Shown here: positions 61,303-64,000 of the stretch, piece after piece
Position numbering within the stretch: the first letter of the stretch is position 1
Layout: each line of letters opens with the position of its first letter
Assembly (NCBI GenBank): GCA_013115145.1
Contig: JAAPAO010000003.1
Location: 169,153-233,152, forward strand
DNA: 64,000 bases
Direction: 5' to 3'
Origin: Perkinsus chesapeaki ATCC PRA-425
Taxonomy: Eukaryota > Protista > Perkinsozoa
Notes under the pieces: model-generated
The model's database searches: none
What the model was told of the DNA's origin: nothing
Seen by the model: only the letters and a program-made list of their open reading frames with translations
Made by a program: the position numbers and the translations under genes

Positions 61303-62506
61303 ATATGGAGCAATGACGAATCCCTACGGTGCACCTCGATTCGACCAAATCAAGACTGAAGCAAGAGTGGAATCCTAAGCAGGTTCACTCGCAAAGATTC
61401 CTATAGAGTGGCAATTCCTGGACACCAGGACAGCTCCGGGCAGCACAGGACACGAGTGTTTACTATGAGTCCATCTACGGTATACTATTCCTCATTGGAA
61501 ACCTTGCATTCATTCCCACTGTGGTGGCGTCACCTCCGTGACAGGTGGTTCGAAGTCGGTCACAGATACCAAGGGCCCAAACCCGCGTCACGGTGGAGGC
61601 TGGCATCGCCTACTGGCAGGAGGCTCCCGCCTATGACGGTAACAATGTTCCTATATCACATGAATCCTTCTACCAGTAGATGTAAATTGAGTTGTGGTGT
61701 GTTGCCCGTGGCAACAGCTACGCATTCGCCTCGTGGGAACAAGAGAAAATATATGGCCAGACTGAGAAAAAAGGAAGCAATACAAACACCGCTGATTCAC
61801 AAGTCCTAAAAGTACCATCCGTTCTGCGTGTTTTCTCGCAGAGGCCCACTGACAGCATCAGTCTGGCCCGACCCTGGTCAGTGACCCATTAGAAGAAGGA
61901 AGCAGGCAAGATACAAGGATTCCAACACACCTTCGAGTATACTTTGAGGGGGGCTAACGCTACTACTGCAAGCTTGACAATACGGTGAGTAATATGTGGG
62001 CTATATGGTGGATGATGTGCGATTGTTTGTGGCTGATCGAGTATTAATCAGCGGGATTACTTGCTGAATGGTCGGCCTAAGATCGTTGAAGTTCATCCTC
62101 GTTCACGTCAGAACTACCATTTTGCACTAACAGGCTCGTTTGGTTCGAGTGTTACATTGTTAGCATTTGTGAGATTAGAAGCAAATACCCGAGCGGGCAA
62201 ACAGTGTGAGGACAGAAGATGCTGCTTAAACACAAGGGCGTTGATTGTGGTTACTGTGAAGTCTTTAACTCTTCTTGTTGTCCAAAAATTTAGAGGATGA
62301 CTAGCTGCAACTCAACAAGGAGGAAAAGAAAACGTATCATAACTCCAATGATGGCGAGACGTCGTCGCCCAATTTCGTACAAGAAATTGGCCATATCATT
62401 TGATATAGTTCGAGTTGACTTAGTTAATCTATGCAGTTCAGTCGGGCCAAAATCTTCCTATGTATTCGGCTCAACCTTGGTGATTGATGTCAGCTACCAA
62501 CAGACG

Positions 62507-63264
62507 TCAACGACCTCTATGCAGGATACTGCTTGAAACGTCGTGAGAATAGGAGCGTCTCACTCCGATAAAAAGAACGGATGAGGGAATCACACCGATG
62601 GCCAGTAAAAGCAGCTCGCTAATTGAGGACCTTATTGGAGCTACAACCAGTGGATGATCGTATAGAACGTGTAGGCCGCAAAGAGCCTGTGTGAAGCAAG
62701 TGTACAGAACGAAACTAATACAATAATACATAGTTAGCAGAAGGCGGTTTGGCTGCTCACTATGTACTTTAGAGGCTAGCTTATGCCCTAAGATCAACAT
62801 ACAGGGTATCCTGAAACAACGAATGACAACCGGAAAGATATGGCTGCGAAGAGACCGCAGAACTTCCAGTGTAATGCTTGGCAGTGGCGGAGAATCAACC
62901 CCTCGCGGAGAGAGTTGAGCAGCCGCAGTTGCCCTTCTCATGAGAAAGTCAAGTAGTGTTCCAATAGCACCGCAGGAGATGAGAGGTATATAGGCAATGG
63001 AACATATTCTCAACGAGTCTCTGGAGAGTATCCATAGCGGGGCCGGTTTCTCATCCACACTTCCCAAGCAGAGACCTCGCACGCGTGCTGCGAATTGATT
63101 CTCGGAGCCGTAAAGCTCCGTGATGAGATCCTTCAGTTTTGTGTAGTCATCTGGCGAAGTGCACTTAGCGTCACTCACACTGAAGGAACTCAACTTCGAT
63201 GAGAAGGTGCTCCAATCTTGGAAGCAGCCAAATGCTTCGTGCCCCAATAGAACACTCGTAGCGA
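62507..63264 (-). pseudogene. 5'-truncated paralog of the TIR-like membrane gene
   Basis: Closely matches the 3' half of 59791-61302. Homology stops abruptly at 63264, and an Arg CGA of copy 1 is TGA here, giving an earlier stop. Confidence 0.8.
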
Positions 63265-63520
63265 TGTGCCGAGAGTCGAGATTCCCTCTTAAGAAGAACA
63301 GTGACCGATGTTATTTAACTTTCTGTGCTGTTCTGTCTCCATTTGCGCACGCGTGCAACTCCTTGTGATATGTCGCTAAGATACTTAAGCGCGCTACTGT
63401 ATCATACTAGCACCTTTACTTGAATTTATAAGTTAGTCACAACTTCATTAACCACAACCACTATAGTTGTGTTCTTAATATTGGCACAATCATCCGAGAA
63501 GTAACTATAACCAGAATATT

Positions 63521-63631
63521 TGGTTCCCGACTTTGATTGACATTGAGAAGATTTGGTTCCCGACTTTGATTGACATTAAGAAGATTTGGTTCCCGACTTT
63601 GATTGACATTGAGAAGATTTGGTTCCCGACT
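63521..63631 (+). repeat. 33-bp tandem repeat, 3 full copies plus a partial fourth
   Basis: TGGTTCCCGACTTTGATTGACATT(G/A)AGAAGATT starting at 63521, 63554 and 63587; TGGTTCCCGACT at 63620. Confidence 0.95.
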
Positions 63632-63674
63632 CTATTACCTTTCAACCCGATTATTGTTTTGTTATTGAAGACTA

Positions 63675-64000
63675 ATGAGATCTGACTCAGCTAATGATAG
63701 TTCCCCACATGCCGATCGCACATCTGACTCAACGGTTTCCAGCCCTCCGCTTTGGGCTTGGGAATTAAAGAATGAAATTGATTCGTTGAGGTCACTTCAA
63801 GAAGATATACAGGCCGTCAAGACGCTCCAGGAGAAGATGGAGAAGTTACTCACTAAGGTGGATAATCTTCAACTCAACTCTCCAACTCAGACTAACAAGA
63901 AGACCGCTAATGGAGAAACTGGTTCTACTGAAACTGATAAGCAGAAGACCAATAGTGATCATCAGAAAGAACTAGAAGTAAAACCACCGAGACCGCTCAA
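63675..64000 (+). CDS. Gag/ORF1-like protein N-terminus, 3' partial (not in the ORF track because it has no stop in the window)
   Basis: MRSDSANDSS...PPLWAWELKNEIDSLRSLQEDIQAVKTLQEKMEKLLTKVDNL coiled coil, open to position 64000. Confidence 0.45.
   Translation, partial: MRSDSANDSSPHADRTSDSTVSSPPLWAWELKNEIDSLRSLQEDIQAVKTLQEKMEKLLTKVDNLQLNSPTQTNKKTANGETGSTETDKQKTNSDHQKELEVKPPRPL

Larger units (their letters stand above)
63265..64000 (+). mobile_element. Probable LTR retrotransposon 5' end (LTR, PBS-like array, gag-like ORF start)
   Basis: Begins TGT exactly at the homology break; AT-rich; TGGTTCCCGAC PBS-like motif; ORF open to the window edge. No RT or integrase visible in the window. Confidence 0.55.

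Noticed and set aside
61400-62500. Possible non-LTR retrotransposon remnant between the TIR-like copies
   Set aside because: Only a vague resemblance in short broken frames; no RT or endonuclease motif found.
63521-63631. CRISPR-like array
   Set aside because: The units are contiguous and near-identical with no unique spacers; no cas genes; eukaryotic context.

Overview
Eukaryotic, gene-dense DNA with many short (~40-55 nt) GT-AG introns and at least one GC-AG intron. Intron size, gene packing and gene families best fit an alveolate of the Perkinsus type (inference; no search run). Most ORF-track fragments are exons. I spliced genes by eye, so their boundaries are approximate. Housekeeping genes: U2AF65-like, PIG-S, cytochrome b5 reductase, TruD/PUS7, thymidylate kinase, SHPRH, nucleotide-sugar transporter, Rab5, Ebp2. 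Tandem duplicates: two FDWDDT HAD-like genes, two Rid genes, two small surface-type membrane genes, and two TIR-like membrane genes, the second cut by a probable LTR retroelement. Most interesting: (1) a field of 16 perfect inverted repeats with arms >=7 bp and a 1-nt centre, at 29.6-35.0 kb, around the duplicated membrane genes; (2) a spliced AEP primase-polymerase domain fused to SH3; (3) a eukaryote-type and a bacterial-type RtcB 1.7 kb apart, the second with a possible mitochondrial presequence; (4) a TPR-prefoldin-beta fusion; (5) a ~400-aa BRC-repeat protein; (6) a tandem array of PBS-like motifs in the retroelement; (7) a multi-pass membrane TIR-like protein with an intact WCxxE motif.
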